Assembly (NCBI RefSeq): GCF_036321535.1
Contig: NC_087437.1
Coordinates: 9,364,001 to 9,428,000 of the forward strand
DNA from: Camelus dromedarius
Lineage: Eukaryota
Length of the DNA: 64,000 nt
Reading direction: 5' to 3'
A model generated the notes under the pieces. It worked only from the letters and a program-made list of their open reading frames with translations, was not told where the DNA came from and searched no databases. Shown piece after piece: positions 52,680 through 64,000 of the stretch (its first letter is position 1; each line of letters begins with the position of its first letter). The position numbers and the translations under genes were made by a program.

Positions 52680-52935
52680 TGGGCATTGGGATTTTAACAC
52701 CCCACCACCCAGTGATTCAAACGTACATCCAAGATTGAGAACCACTGGCCTAGATGGTGGTTCTAAAGCATATTCCCTAGACTGGCAGCAACAGCATTAC
52801 CAGGGAACTGGTTAGAAATGAGTATTTTTGGATCCTAGCTCAGACTTGCTGAATCAGAAGCTCAGGGGGTGGGGCCCAGGGGTCAGGGGTTCACAGGCCC
52901 TCAGGGCGGCTCTATTGCACGCTTTCAGAACACTG
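52680..52935 (+). mobile_element. Adjacent MER5-family fragments
   Basis: gtgattc...ccaagattgagaaccactg followed by tggttct...cagcattaccagggaactggttagaaatg...gctgaatcagaagctcagggggtggggcccag. Confidence 0.8.
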
Positions 52936-53363
52936 ACCTGGGGAAACCATCAAGGCCCCTTTCCTTCTGTATAGCTCTAATTATAGCACATACTTCTGAC
53001 TGGATATGTTAACTGTCTGTTTGCCCCACGAGTCCCATGACATCTCATTTGAAGGCCTTCCATTTTCTTGGGGTGGGGAGTGAGGATGGAAGAGGGGATC
53101 TTCAGGAAGATTTCCAAACGCTGACAAAGGGTCCCTGGATAGCCACCATGCAATTATTTCACCTCTTTCCCATAAGATGAACTTCACAACTGAGGGGGCA
53201 TGAATAGCATATGGCCAGGTATGGAAGGAGCCGCTTTGCTTAGAATTCCTTCTTTTGTTTTTAAACATACCTCTCATTATCAAGAAAAAGCTGTAATAGA
53301 ATCTTTTCTAATGAGCAGAGTTTAAGTGTAGATAAAACCCATGGTCTATATTCCGGGAAAAGA

Positions 53364-53400
53364 CACACACACACACACATATACATATATATATATATAT
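53364..53400. repeat. (CA)n(TA)n microsatellite
   Basis: Directly visible. Confidence 0.9.
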
Positions 53401-55519
53401 GTATGTCTATATCTACCCATCTCTTCTTCTTCCTTGCTAGAATGGTTGCCTAGATGTCAGCTTCAAGTCTCGCCAGGTCTGGGCACATTCTGCATGTTCC
53501 AAGACCCGGGATCAATCAAAGAATTTAAGTTTCCCACCTTCAAGCAGAGAGGGTGACATCTGAACGTGGCTGGGCATTTCACTGCACAGAAACAAATCTT
53601 GTGGACAGGCTCTGTCTCCCAGTGGTCTGCAACATCCTTCCCAGGGTTATAGAAAGAAATAACCCAGAGAAGAGAGCACCAAAAGTTGGTATATCCTAAA
53701 AAAGACTTCAAAAAACCAGGAAAATTTCCATCTTTAAACATATAGAAATTTGTTGGGCCTTGGGTTTCTATGAGGTTTTATACTCAAAATGAGGACAAGA
53801 AAATCCTATTTTGGAGAGTACCTAATTTATTTTAAAATACTTTTGATCCTTAAATCCCTTAGCAATTATAAGAATATTAATTCAGACTATTTTAAGTTCT
53901 GCAAGCGAACTGTTACACTTTATGGAAAAGATGCATGTCTAAGTACACAAAGCCTCTTCAACCTATTTTATAGCTCAGCATGGAATCTGGAGGCCAGCCT
54001 GGCGTTTTATGTCTGAACTGTAATAGTGTCCCATCTTCTTGAGATATTTGCAAACAGCCGGGTAGCGGGGGTGGTATCTGGTCCCCAAAGGGGACAAGCA
54101 ATGTAAATCAATGGCCGCCCCCAACAAAGCTGCTGCTTCTAGGAGAGGTGCTGAACAGTCGTTGTCCCCTCCCCTGTCGCTGAGCAAATGGGCAAGCAGC
54201 TCTGGATATAAACTCTTCTTTAGACTCCACAGTGTGTGCACAACAGATGTTATGCATGGGATCTGTTCTCTGTCATGTCCTTGCTCTCCCTCTCCCTTTC
54301 CCCTCGAAGAACAATGCTTTCAGCTCCCTGGTGCTCAGGGGCTATCTGTTCACCTGGCCTTTTTCTGCTTCTCTGCAACAGGAGATGCAAAGGCATCCGG
54401 GGTAGCCTGACAGATCGAAGCCTGGATTCTGAAGCCCTGGGACCCTCCAGCTGGAGGGACTCAGACTTCCTGTCTTGCTCACGCCTAATCCAGGGGGAGG
54501 CCTGGAGCCACCGTGGCCTCTGAGTTGCGGCTCTGATCTTCCCCCACTCCCAGGGCCCCGCAGGGTTCCAGGCCTCACACTTCAAACTCCCTCTGCCTTC
54601 TGTCTCCTGATGTGACCTAGATTCTCGGACCAACCTCCACACCAAGAAGACCAGATCCTTTTCTGCAGGATTCAAGTCAATTTTGAAGCCTGCTGGCACT
54701 GAACAAAGGTCTTAAAACCTTAAGTAACCCTCACCACCTCCAAATTTACAGTGTAGCTGGCCTAGTTCATCAGATTTTCCCATCTTCCTCTCGGTCACCC
54801 ACACACCTTGAGGACAACGGGCCTCTGTCCTGGCTGTCCTCAGTTAACCGTCTCCTGGGCCCTGACAGTCCTGATCCGCCCTTCTGCCCACCCAGCCATG
54901 TGCTGCCTTCTGGTCCTCACACCGCACACCAGCCTTCCCAGGTTAGGACTCAGCTGGTTTCCCAAGACTACAAAAGGTAAAAGGAAGAAACGATCAGGTA
55001 CCCACCCAACCAGTATGCCAGCATTTTCTTTCCCAGGCTCAGTTTATAGACACAAAAGTCACCCAAGATTCCATCCCCAGATCCCAGAAGCTCAAGGCCT
55101 GTGACACCATCACAGGACATCTAGCCATTAAAATATATATATACACGTTCAGTTAAAAACTATTTTTCACTTCCCTTTTTAAAACAAAAGTGTAGACCGC
55201 CTGAATGTGGAGTAAGACAACAAGCAATAAAAACCCTACAGCATCCGGATGCTCTGCTCTAGGTCAGTTGCTTCACCAAGGCTGGTCCGTTTCATTCCCA
55301 TTGCAGCACAGTAAGTTAGAGATTTGTGCCACTTCCCAGGTGAGGACACTCAGCCTCCAGGTGGTCAGGGGTGGCCAACTTACTCTGCTAGGAGAGCTCC
55401 AAGGCATTCTAACCTTGGCTCGGATGTGACCTTGACAATGAGCCCCCCACCCCAGCACATGGGCCCACCCCTCCCCTCTGGGGCTTTGCCAGATGGCTCT
55501 CCCATCCACAGTGTTTATT

Positions 55520-55660
55520 CCATTTTATCTTCCTATCTACTTTATTATGTTTGTTACTTGATGTCTGACTCTTCCCAAGCAAACGTCAGCTCTTCAAAGG
55601 CAAGGATCTTTGTCGGTTCAGACTGAACCACAGTGTCTAGAACAGTGCCTGGGATGTGGC
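55520..55660 (+). mobile_element. L2 3' end
   Basis: agctcttcaaaggcaaggatctttgtc..ttca...cagtgtctagaacagtgcctgg. Confidence 0.75.
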
Positions 55661-57269
55661 AGCCCTCAGCACGTGTGAGGAACCTTCTCATAAAGCAGCG
55701 ATGGTCCCACTGTGCCATCACCACAGCCCCGCACCGCCTCTTCTGCTGGCAGACATAGAAATCCCATCCCACCCTGTGCAGAGTCACCCCCTCTGGTAAT
55801 GATTCCCCTTCTGGTCTCACTGATGGCACAAATCCAAGCTATAAGCATTCAAGTATGCCCTACACCTCAAGGGGTAAAGATTTATAAACAGTGAGAACTT
55901 AAAAGCAATATGACCCTAAAAACAAACTGCTCATGAGGGCAGAACTGTTTCAATAATGGCTTCCTCCTCACTGGCTAGGAGGACTTCCTTCAAGCTATTT
56001 TAAGATTCAGAAGAGGCCACACTTCCTCTGTGAACCTCAGTGAGAACTGATGATCGTCTTTGAAGGGAAAACTGTCACTTCCACCCGCGGTGGAAGACAG
56101 CGTGACTCGGGGCTTCGGGGATCTTGTCGCTTCTGAGAACTCCCGGGGGATGGAAGCGCGTCTCTCCCCACAGGCAGTTTAGAGGTAGGGTCTGGGGCTC
56201 TCCCAGGGCCTTCCCAGGGTGGGTTCTGTCATCCCTCAGAACTCGGTCCTGAATCGGGCTGTCAACTGACCATGTGGGAAATCTGGCACAAAACAAAAAC
56301 CAAGGAGTTCTGGAAGGTCAGTGACAGCTCGAAAGCCAGCGCGATAAAGAGGAAATGCCTTCATAAGCCCGAAAAGCGACGGTTCTCACGACCCGCGCGC
56401 AGTACAAAGGGACATGGCTAAGAACAAATGGAGACCAAGAGCTCCTCAGAACGCAAGAGGATGAGATGCCTGCCTGTTTGGAGTAAATCACCAGGTGGGT
56501 TTTCATTAGATTCTCTCCAGAGCTGTGGAGATGCAGGCATAGCCTGTCCCGGGGGGTTCCCACCACAAGACAGGAGCTCCATTCATCCATCTATCCTTCC
56601 TTCACTCTGTGATCAGCCACCGGGGTCTCACTCCACCGCTACCACCCACTACTAGGAAGCCTGCACGATGCACAGGACACACATTGTCTCATTTAAGTAC
56701 CACCCTGTGAAGAAGACGAGACACACACACACCAGGGGGTTTGGCCAGGGTCACTCCACTAAGAGGCACACGAGGCAGCCTGAGGACAGAACGCAGGATT
56801 AAATCACTTGCCCACAAAAGCCCTGAGACCTAAAAAAAGACAGCCAGGATTCCTGCCACGCACAGTTCCACCAAGGGCAAGAGATGTCCCCCAGGGGACA
56901 GTGATGAATGGCAGTGGTCACCTGCGCTGGCTGAGCATAGCACGCCTGGGAAGCTTTGACATGAAATTCACAACCACTTTAAAATCATATAGTTCCGGTC
57001 TTTGTTGATGGAGAGAAATACGAGCAAGAGAACCCAAAAAAGTGGCTCACAGTGCATGACAGACAACCCTGGATGAGAAAAGCAAAGTAAACCAGTCACC
57101 CACACACAACTAAGGGGCATCTCTGATCGCTGAGCCCAGAGCACTGAGCCCTGGCCTGGTGGAATATTCTATCTGCACAAAGTGACTTAGAAAGCATTAA
57201 GTCCCGCCCAAATCTAACAACTGCTAACGATTTCTTATGTTTATTTTTGGAAACGGATGCATTTACATC

Positions 57270-58560
57270 ATCATCACTATCAAAGAACCTTCTTCCATGT
57301 TCACTCCCTGAGGGATTTCTTGGGGGGGGGTGGATTTCTTGCTACTCTTCTGAGTCTTGCTTTCACTGCTGTTATATTGGAGATTTTTTTTTTTCCACAT
57401 CACCACCTAAAGGTAGACTTATTTTTTTCTCACAGCTGCACTCTCTTCCAATGTTTTGAAGGTGCCATACTTTTATTTCACGTATCCCCTACTGATGTTC
57501 ACTTTGTTGTTTCCAGTTTGTGCTTTAAAAATCAACACTGCATTTAACATCCTTAATCATATGTGTGAGTGACCTTTTGGGAAGATACAGTATATTCCTG
57601 GTAACAAGCTTGGTAGGGCAAAGAGGACTTGCTATAAAAAAAATGCACATATCAGTAGTAGCAAGGCACCTTGTGCAGAGTTTGCAAAAAATGTATTCCC
57701 TTGCACACAACTATAAGACTGGCTTTTGCCATACCCAACTTTTATAAAAAAAAAAAATTACCAATCCCCTAAGTGAATGGCTACATAGCCCATTATTTGT
57801 ATTTATATGTTGTTAATTATGCATGAAACTGAGAGGAGTTTTATATTTTCACTGGCAATATATTTTTCTTTATTTGTAATGTGTCTGTTCATAGTCTTCA
57901 TTTTTCTTTTGAGTTGTTTGGCTTTTCTTACTGATTCTTATAAGCTCTTTGTTAATTAAAGAAATTAGCCATTTATCTGATAATGGTGTTTAAGTACTGT
58001 TTTCCAAATGTGTCATCTGGGTTTTTTTCACTTAGCTTTTTGAATTATTTTTCCCAAACACAAGTTATTAATTTTGTGCAGTCAGATTTATCATTTCTCT
58101 CCTTTATAGTCTGGGTGTGTGTCCTGAATACAAAGGTCTTTTCCATTACAAGAGTTTAAATTTATTCATCCAGGCTTCCTTCCATAAATTTGTGGCTTCA
58201 GTTTTTACGTCTGAATCTTTGTTCAATGTATAATTTATTTCGGTGTAAGAAGCAGAATAGGAATTAACTTTATTTATTTGTCTACATGTTTATCTAGTCG
58301 CACCCAAACCATTGACTTGACAGTTTCTCTTTTCAACAATGAATTGAAATGTTATTTTTATTATAACCTACATCTCCATTTCCATAAGTACTGAGGTTTA
58401 TTTCTAGATGGTCTAATACGTTGTTTATAACCTGTCTGTTACTCAGGGCCAAATTATTTAACTATTATGCTTTTCTGATATAATTTAGGGTAAGTCTCTC
58501 CTGTCAGAACACTCCTTTCTCATAATTTCCTGTAGTGTTGGCTTCATGTTTCTCCTTTCA
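57270..58560 (-). mobile_element. Old, degenerate L1 (L1M/L1ME-type)
   Basis: T-rich antisense L1 text (gttgtttccagtttgtgc..., tgtctgttcatagtc..., tttcttactgattcttataagctcttt...). Confidence 0.7.
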
Positions 58561-58629
58561 GATCAACTGTTGTATCGTTTTTGTCTTGTTCACAATTTAA
58601 TCCTACTGATATATATTTTTTTAAGCTTA

Positions 58630-58744
58630 GTTTGTTTTTTTTGGGGGGGGGTATTAGTTTTACTTTTTAAATTTATTTGTTTAATGGAGGTACTGGGGAT
58701 TGAACCCAGGACCTTCATGCATGCTGAGCATGCGCTCTACCACT
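58630..58744 (-). mobile_element. tRNA-Ala-derived SINE, 5'-truncated
   Basis: atggaggtactggggattgaacccaggaccttcatgcatgctgagcatgcgctctaccact. Confidence 0.88.
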
Positions 58745-59335
58745 AATATCTTATGCACCATGGCATGATGTGTTTGGGCCAGCAATCTTAAGTATTAAAT
58801 TGGGGTGCAGTGGACTCTTCCTGGAGTGTCTGACTCAGTAAATCGAGAGGGGAGAAGAGGAAACATAGAACTTTTAAAATTCTCCAGGTTTTTTGCTCAG
58901 ACAAGTTTGGGAAACGCCATACCTGGAAATTCAGAGAAAGGAGGTATCATCTTTTTACGAAAAACTGGATGATCTCCTTAAAGGAAGTGCACTTACATTA
59001 GACCTTCTTGAAGAGTCTGTAAGATTCTGTTTTTACACAAAAATGTTTCAAGGACAGAAAAAAATTAAGAGTGAAAAAACAATGAATGCTGAAATTTTTG
59101 GAGTCCCAGAGGCCAAAACAAACTACATGTCAGGTAGGCAGGACACCTTGAGGCGAAGTCTCAGAGGATGAGGAAATTTGGAGTGGCTCTTGCAGAGTCA
59201 GAACCTAGGATGAGAGAAGGGAAGTTTTGTAAAAACTGCAAGGTACATTGGGGCCAGAACCGGGGCTGTCCTGACCACCTGGATAAGAAGTTTGGCAGTT
59301 CTGTATGAGGAAGTAAGAATCCCTGCGGGTATTTG

Positions 59336-59356
59336 AGTGTGTGTGTGTGTGTGTGT
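59336..59356. repeat. (GT)n microsatellite
   Basis: Directly visible. Confidence 0.9.
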
Positions 59357-61774
59357 CGGGGGCTCTGGGGTCTGCAGCTATGCCTTGGCCTAGGAGAGTG
59401 TTGGCTGAGTTGAGAGCAAAAGAGTCCAGTCTGGTAACTCTGTAAGGTCGATTACAACAGTTTACAGGCAGATGAATGCGGTGCACTGCCGACAGTGAGG
59501 AGGGAGGGGGGAGGCCTCATCCACTGGGCACCTGTGCGCTGCAGGGATTTACTGCTCCAATGAGCCCCACCTTTTTATCCCCACAGCCATTGTAGGATCA
59601 GAGAATCCTAGAGCAGAGAGGGAACTTTGAATTCATTTAGATGCTAAGAAAAGCAGGGATCCACGCACATTTGAACCCAACACGCAAGATGGCAGACTGG
59701 AGCCCTGGCTCAGGAAGCAGAAAGGAGCAGTGGGAAGTGTGTGAGTCCGGATTCCACGTCCGGCCCTCCTGCTTTCTGTACAACGTTGGCGAAGGGACCA
59801 TGTCAGTTTCCTCCTCTCTCAAATGAGAAGAATACTCATCTCCTACTCTTGCTGTGAAGAAAGACGGAGACAATAAACACCCCCCTTACATCCTGAGGAG
59901 GGCAAAACGGCTCTGGGAGGAGCCAGCAGACCTGGATTCTAGGCAGCCCAGCTCCACCACCTACTACGGACAGTCTCTACTTGGGCTCAATAATTAAACC
60001 CATCCCCTTCCCTCTTCCTACTTATAAATATAAAGATGTCAGGTGAGATTTCAAGATGCCATCCAGATATGAGATTCTTCTAATGCCTATTACACACGGC
60101 ATGCGTGATCTCGAGGCGGGGAGAGAAATTTAAACATTCGATGAACAAGGGGGGATGTAAATTAGGATATGGAGTGAGTTGTACACAGCAGCCCCTGATT
60201 AGCATATCCTAACGTACAGTAATTTACTGATTTCCTTCACTTCGTTTTGTTGCTATGACAGCACTGGGGATTGTCAGGATGGCTCAAAGAGACAGCAGGT
60301 AACAAAAGAGACCATCTCTCCAATGAAAGAGAGAAGAGATGACTGGTCCCCCTCCCTCCTCAGAGTCCTTACTATAGGATAGGGTTCTTGGTACTATTTG
60401 TACTTCATCAGGGGTGGTTGTGATTGTCCTTAAGACTCTCAGTAAGGACCGGGAAAGTGAGCTCGTCTGCATTATATAAATGTCCTCTACTATCAAGAGC
60501 CTACAGAAGTGGTCCAGGAGTAGTGAGCTGGACAGAAGGGTGTTGTCAGCTCAGCACACAAGACGTCCAGTCAGGAGGTCTTGGGTTTGAATCCTATTCC
60601 TGCCATTTTCAATCGATTTAATCCTGGGCAAGAAATGTAAGCTTCAGATGCGTCTCTCCTCTTTTGCAAAGTAGAGAGAATGTCATCTAGTTCATTAAAA
60701 CAATATTGTTCCTTTAGGGAGTAAAGGAGTTGGTGTTTGTAAAGAGCTCAACAAAAAGTGATCGTCATCACTGCTTGGAGACTCTGTGTCTTCAACAGAT
60801 TTGGCATTTTTTTCCATAGAGACATACTAGAGACATTCCTAGATTATTTCTAGGTCTAATGTTTTCTAAAAAGAGATGCTGAAAAAAAAAAAAAGAGGAA
60901 GAAAAGCATGGAGTTAGGAATAGAAGGGAAAAAACTGAAATGTGGAATTATGCAAATATGCTTTTGCCTTTTAATGGCCACAGAAAAACAAAACTTCCAA
61001 CCACAGTTGGCTTTTAAATCTAATTGATACAGAGATCTTTCAAGGAGCAACCTTCAAGGCAGAACGGCACCGTCTCACTTATGAGGTGCATTCCTTCCAT
61101 TGCATTCATCCCCATTCTGAAAGCAAGGGGTGTGTTTTGATTTTATGGCCCCATTGCCTTTTTTCAATATTGAAACTAATATCCATATGGAATTAGCACA
61201 AGAGAAATAAGTGGAGAAACAGACTGGGGAGGGGAGAGCAAGGACGAAAAAGCAGGAAGCCACTCATTTTGGTTCCACTTTGAGAATTCATGCTTTGAGA
61301 GATCTGCCAGGCAGTTTCCACGTAAACAGTTTCCTGGTTTGAAAGCAGCTATTCTGTTTTTTAATGACAGGAATATGAGGAGAAATTGATCAATAAAAAA
61401 TTTCAATGGGATGCTTTGGCAATACCCATGAGAATTAAATATGCCTCACCCCCTAAATCCCATGTCTATGAATTTACTCTCTAGATATGTGTGGCCATGT
61501 GCGTGAAGAATTATGTATGCACAATGATATTCATTGTTTTTATTCGTGAAAGAATGGACAGAACTTATTTTTCTTTTAAAAAGGCTGGTACAGTGAATCA
61601 CAATGTGTTCCTGCATTAGAATATTAGGTAGCCATAAAATTGAAAAAATGAGAAACAACAAGATATGCTAAATAAAGCAAAATATGAAAAACCGGGGACC
61701 TAGTGTGCTACCATGCCACATAAAACAAGAGGGGAGTGTGTACATATACCCTTCCATAGAGTTTACATTTCCAG

Positions 61775-62095
61775 TTTTATTAAGATCTAATTGACATACA
61801 ACATTGTATAAATTTGAGCTGTACAACACAACGGTTTGATGTGTGTAAATATTGAGAAATGAGCACTGCAGTAAGTATAGTTAATTAACATCCATCACCT
61901 CACAGAGCTGCAATGTTTTTTCTTATGATGAGAACTTTTAAGGTTCACTCTCTGAGCAACTCTCAAACGTACAATACAGAATTTTTTACCTATAGTCACC
62001 ACGCTGCAGACATCCCCAGGATGTATTTATCTTACAACTGGCAGTTTGCACCTCTTGACCACCTCCCCCCCTACACACACCCCCGTCCTTTCCTG
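61775..62095 (-). mobile_element. L1 (L1MA-type) 3' UTR fragment
   Basis: taattgacatacaacattgtataaattt...taacatccatcacctcaca...gtacaataca...ctatagtcacca. Confidence 0.85.
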
Positions 62096-62419
62096 TAGAA
62101 TTTAGAATCTCAAAACAAAGTGCACCGGGGTGTGGGGAGGAGATTTCATTTTCACCATTTGCCCTTTTATAATATTCTATTTAAAAACTTGTACCTGTAT
62201 GACCTTTTCAAAAAATAGAAAATATTCTGTTGAGGGTATAGAAAGATTTCACGTCTTTCTCAGCCCCTGGGGTTCTGTGGACCCCACCCCCCCTAAAAGT
62301 TCAGACTATTAATTGATAAGAAAAAAATCGCCCTACCTATGGTATATTGCATGAAGTACCCAGGATGAAGTCAGGGATAGAGAAAATCACTATTGCATTT
62401 CGCAAAGTTTGCTGTATTA

Positions 62420-62490
62420 AGCAAGCAAGCTAGCAAGCAAGCGTGAACACACACACAAACACACACACACACACACACTCACTCACACAC
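62420..62490. repeat. (GCAA)n plus (CA)n microsatellite
   Basis: Directly visible. Confidence 0.9.
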
Positions 62491-62879
62491 AGGCGAGGCC
62501 CCTGGGAACGGCTCCTGCACACAAGCTCACCAGCTCTCACCGCCATGAGCATTATTTGGAAGCCTTGATTTCAGAGCACTGCATGTTCCATGAACAAGGT
62601 TTTCTACCTCCTACCCTTGTGCAGAATTTCTGGAAGGGAATTGCACCCTTCCCAGCTCTTGGCCTCAGGCCCCACCCACAGCTGGCTGCCCGGCATGCAA
62701 GCCGACACCAGGGAGCCCTGCTTGGGTGCTGGATCACTTGTTAGTTTGTTGTCTGCTTCAGAAACTCTCCGCTCTATCTGAAGAGCAAAAATGTGCTTCC
62801 AGACTTTGGATTTCCGAGGGTGAGTTTACTCAAGGTCATTCCAAACAGTGTGGCAGGAGAGCCTGTCCTAGGCAGCGCG

Positions 62880-63080
62880 ACACTTGGGGTCTGAACCCGC
62901 CCGACCACAGACCACCAACCTCCTTGTTTAACCTCTCTGTACTCGTGTTTCCTCACCTGCAAAAAGGGCATACTGATCATTCTTCCAACACAGGCTGTGA
63001 GGAGGATGCATTGAGCCGATGCACAGAGAACACTGGCTGGCAGGGACCAAAGCACTTAAGAACCTCAGCTATTTTTAGTA
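62880..63080 (+). mobile_element. MIR SINE
   Basis: gtttaacctctctgtactcgtgtttcctcacctgcaaaaagggcatact...ggctgtgaggaggatgcattgag. Confidence 0.75.
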
Positions 63081-63683
63081 GCTAGAGTGCTGCCTTGCGG
63101 GGCAGGGTGACTTCCCACTATCTCAATTTACTAATCTGGAAGCTGAGGCTCGGGGCCATTCGTCCAGATTCACACCAATAAATCAAGACTTGCCTTGTAA
63201 GTCGTGATCTGAGCACTGGTACTAGCCAGATACGTGCATTTACCAAGCACTTGGCCTCTATTTTCCTGACTATGAAATGGAGACTTCAACTCCATGTATC
63301 AAACCGCATAGCAGAGATGGGCCCAGAGACAGAAATCTCCCAGCTGTGCTCCCAAAATGGACCCTTGTGAACGTATGACTGTGTCGGACCCCTTCTGCAA
63401 TCACTGACACTCAAGGAAAGCAAGAGTAGCTTCTGCTTTCTTGTTCATTTGTTTTCTTGTCTAAAATGCTAGTGGGCAAGCAGTTCAGGCCCAGGAACCC
63501 CTAGTGTGGAATAATTTGCTGCGTGTAGCAGTCCAACTAGTCATAACAGAAAGACAAAAGTGCACTTTGCTTTGCACGAAACAGTCACATACCTGGCTGA
63601 CGAAATGCTCTGATAAATGGACGGCATCTGACAGGTGAGCGAATTGGCTTTCCCAGGTGACGACACACACAGCCAGCCTTTCG

Positions 63684-63785
63684 CCCAAGACCAGCCAACT
63701 GAGCATGCGCTATTCTTTCCGCCCAAGACCAGACAACTGGGCATGCGCTACTCTTCACCCAAGACCAGCCAACTGAGCATGCGCT
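63684..63785. repeat. Three-copy tandem repeat, 36-38 bp unit
   Basis: Core CCCAAGACCAG(C/A)CAACTG(A/G)GCATGCGCT starts at 63684, 63722 and 63758. Confidence 0.95.
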
Positions 63786-64000
63786 TCCAAACCTCAGGGC
63801 TCCGCTGGAAATTCACCCGTATTCAAGACAGACGCCCATGGCTTGACAGCACACTCAGTAAACCCTTAGGATCCCAGTGTCCATATGCCAGGCTCTGAGC
63901 TAGTGTGTGAGCTAAAGTTTTTCTTTTTCCCTGTCCACGGGCATGTTAGTGGAAGCCGCCCTGTCTGTGTGCGTGTTGTTTTTAGGCGACCGATTGTTAA

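Larger units (their letters stand above)
3412..64000 (-). other. ZNF385D: ZNF385D intron upstream of the exon; the preceding MRNIMYF exon was not found in the window
   Basis: Acceptor AG at 3412-3413 (-). No further ZNF385D peptide was recognised up to 64000, and the sequence is repeat-rich non-coding DNA. Confidence 0.8.

Noticed and set aside
54443..54458. 16-bp palindrome CCCTCCAGCTGGAGGG
   Set aside because: About one palindrome of this length is expected by chance in 64 kb.
63684..63785. CRISPR-like repeat-spacer array
   Set aside because: Eukaryotic intron; the inter-core segments are only 8-10 nt and similar to each other, and there are no cas genes. It is a tandem duplication.
1..64000. 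A novel multi-gene biological system
   Set aside because: All recognisable content is one known exon plus ordinary mammalian repeats; the remaining short ORFs fit chance expectation.

Overview
Mammalian genomic DNA, most likely camelid (alpaca/camel): it carries four copies of a tRNA-Ala-derived SINE of the camelid Vic-1 type plus cetartiodactyl-type L1 3' ends. The window lies inside the ZNF385D gene, transcribed on the minus strand. The only host coding sequence I can support is one 143-nt exon (3269-3411, -) encoding GTCQSPALPALVRPPAPPLQPSLDIKPFLPFPLDTAAAVNLFPNFNA with canonical AG/GT ends. Its frame is absent from the supplied ORF track. The rest is intron: old repeats (MIR, L2, CR1/L3, hAT MERs, MaLR/ERVL LTRs), younger ones (L1, SINEs, ERV1 solo LTRs) and a few repeat-poor stretches with transcription-factor-like motifs. 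Nearly all listed ORFs are chance or repeat-derived. I found no evidence of a novel biological system. The best second-look items are a long L2 fossil with an open endonuclease-like frame, a 3-copy tandem repeat of NRF1-like motifs, sense-oriented solo LTRs, and a few motif clusters. Repeat family names are from my recollection of consensus sequences, and boundaries without target-site duplications (TSDs) are approximate.
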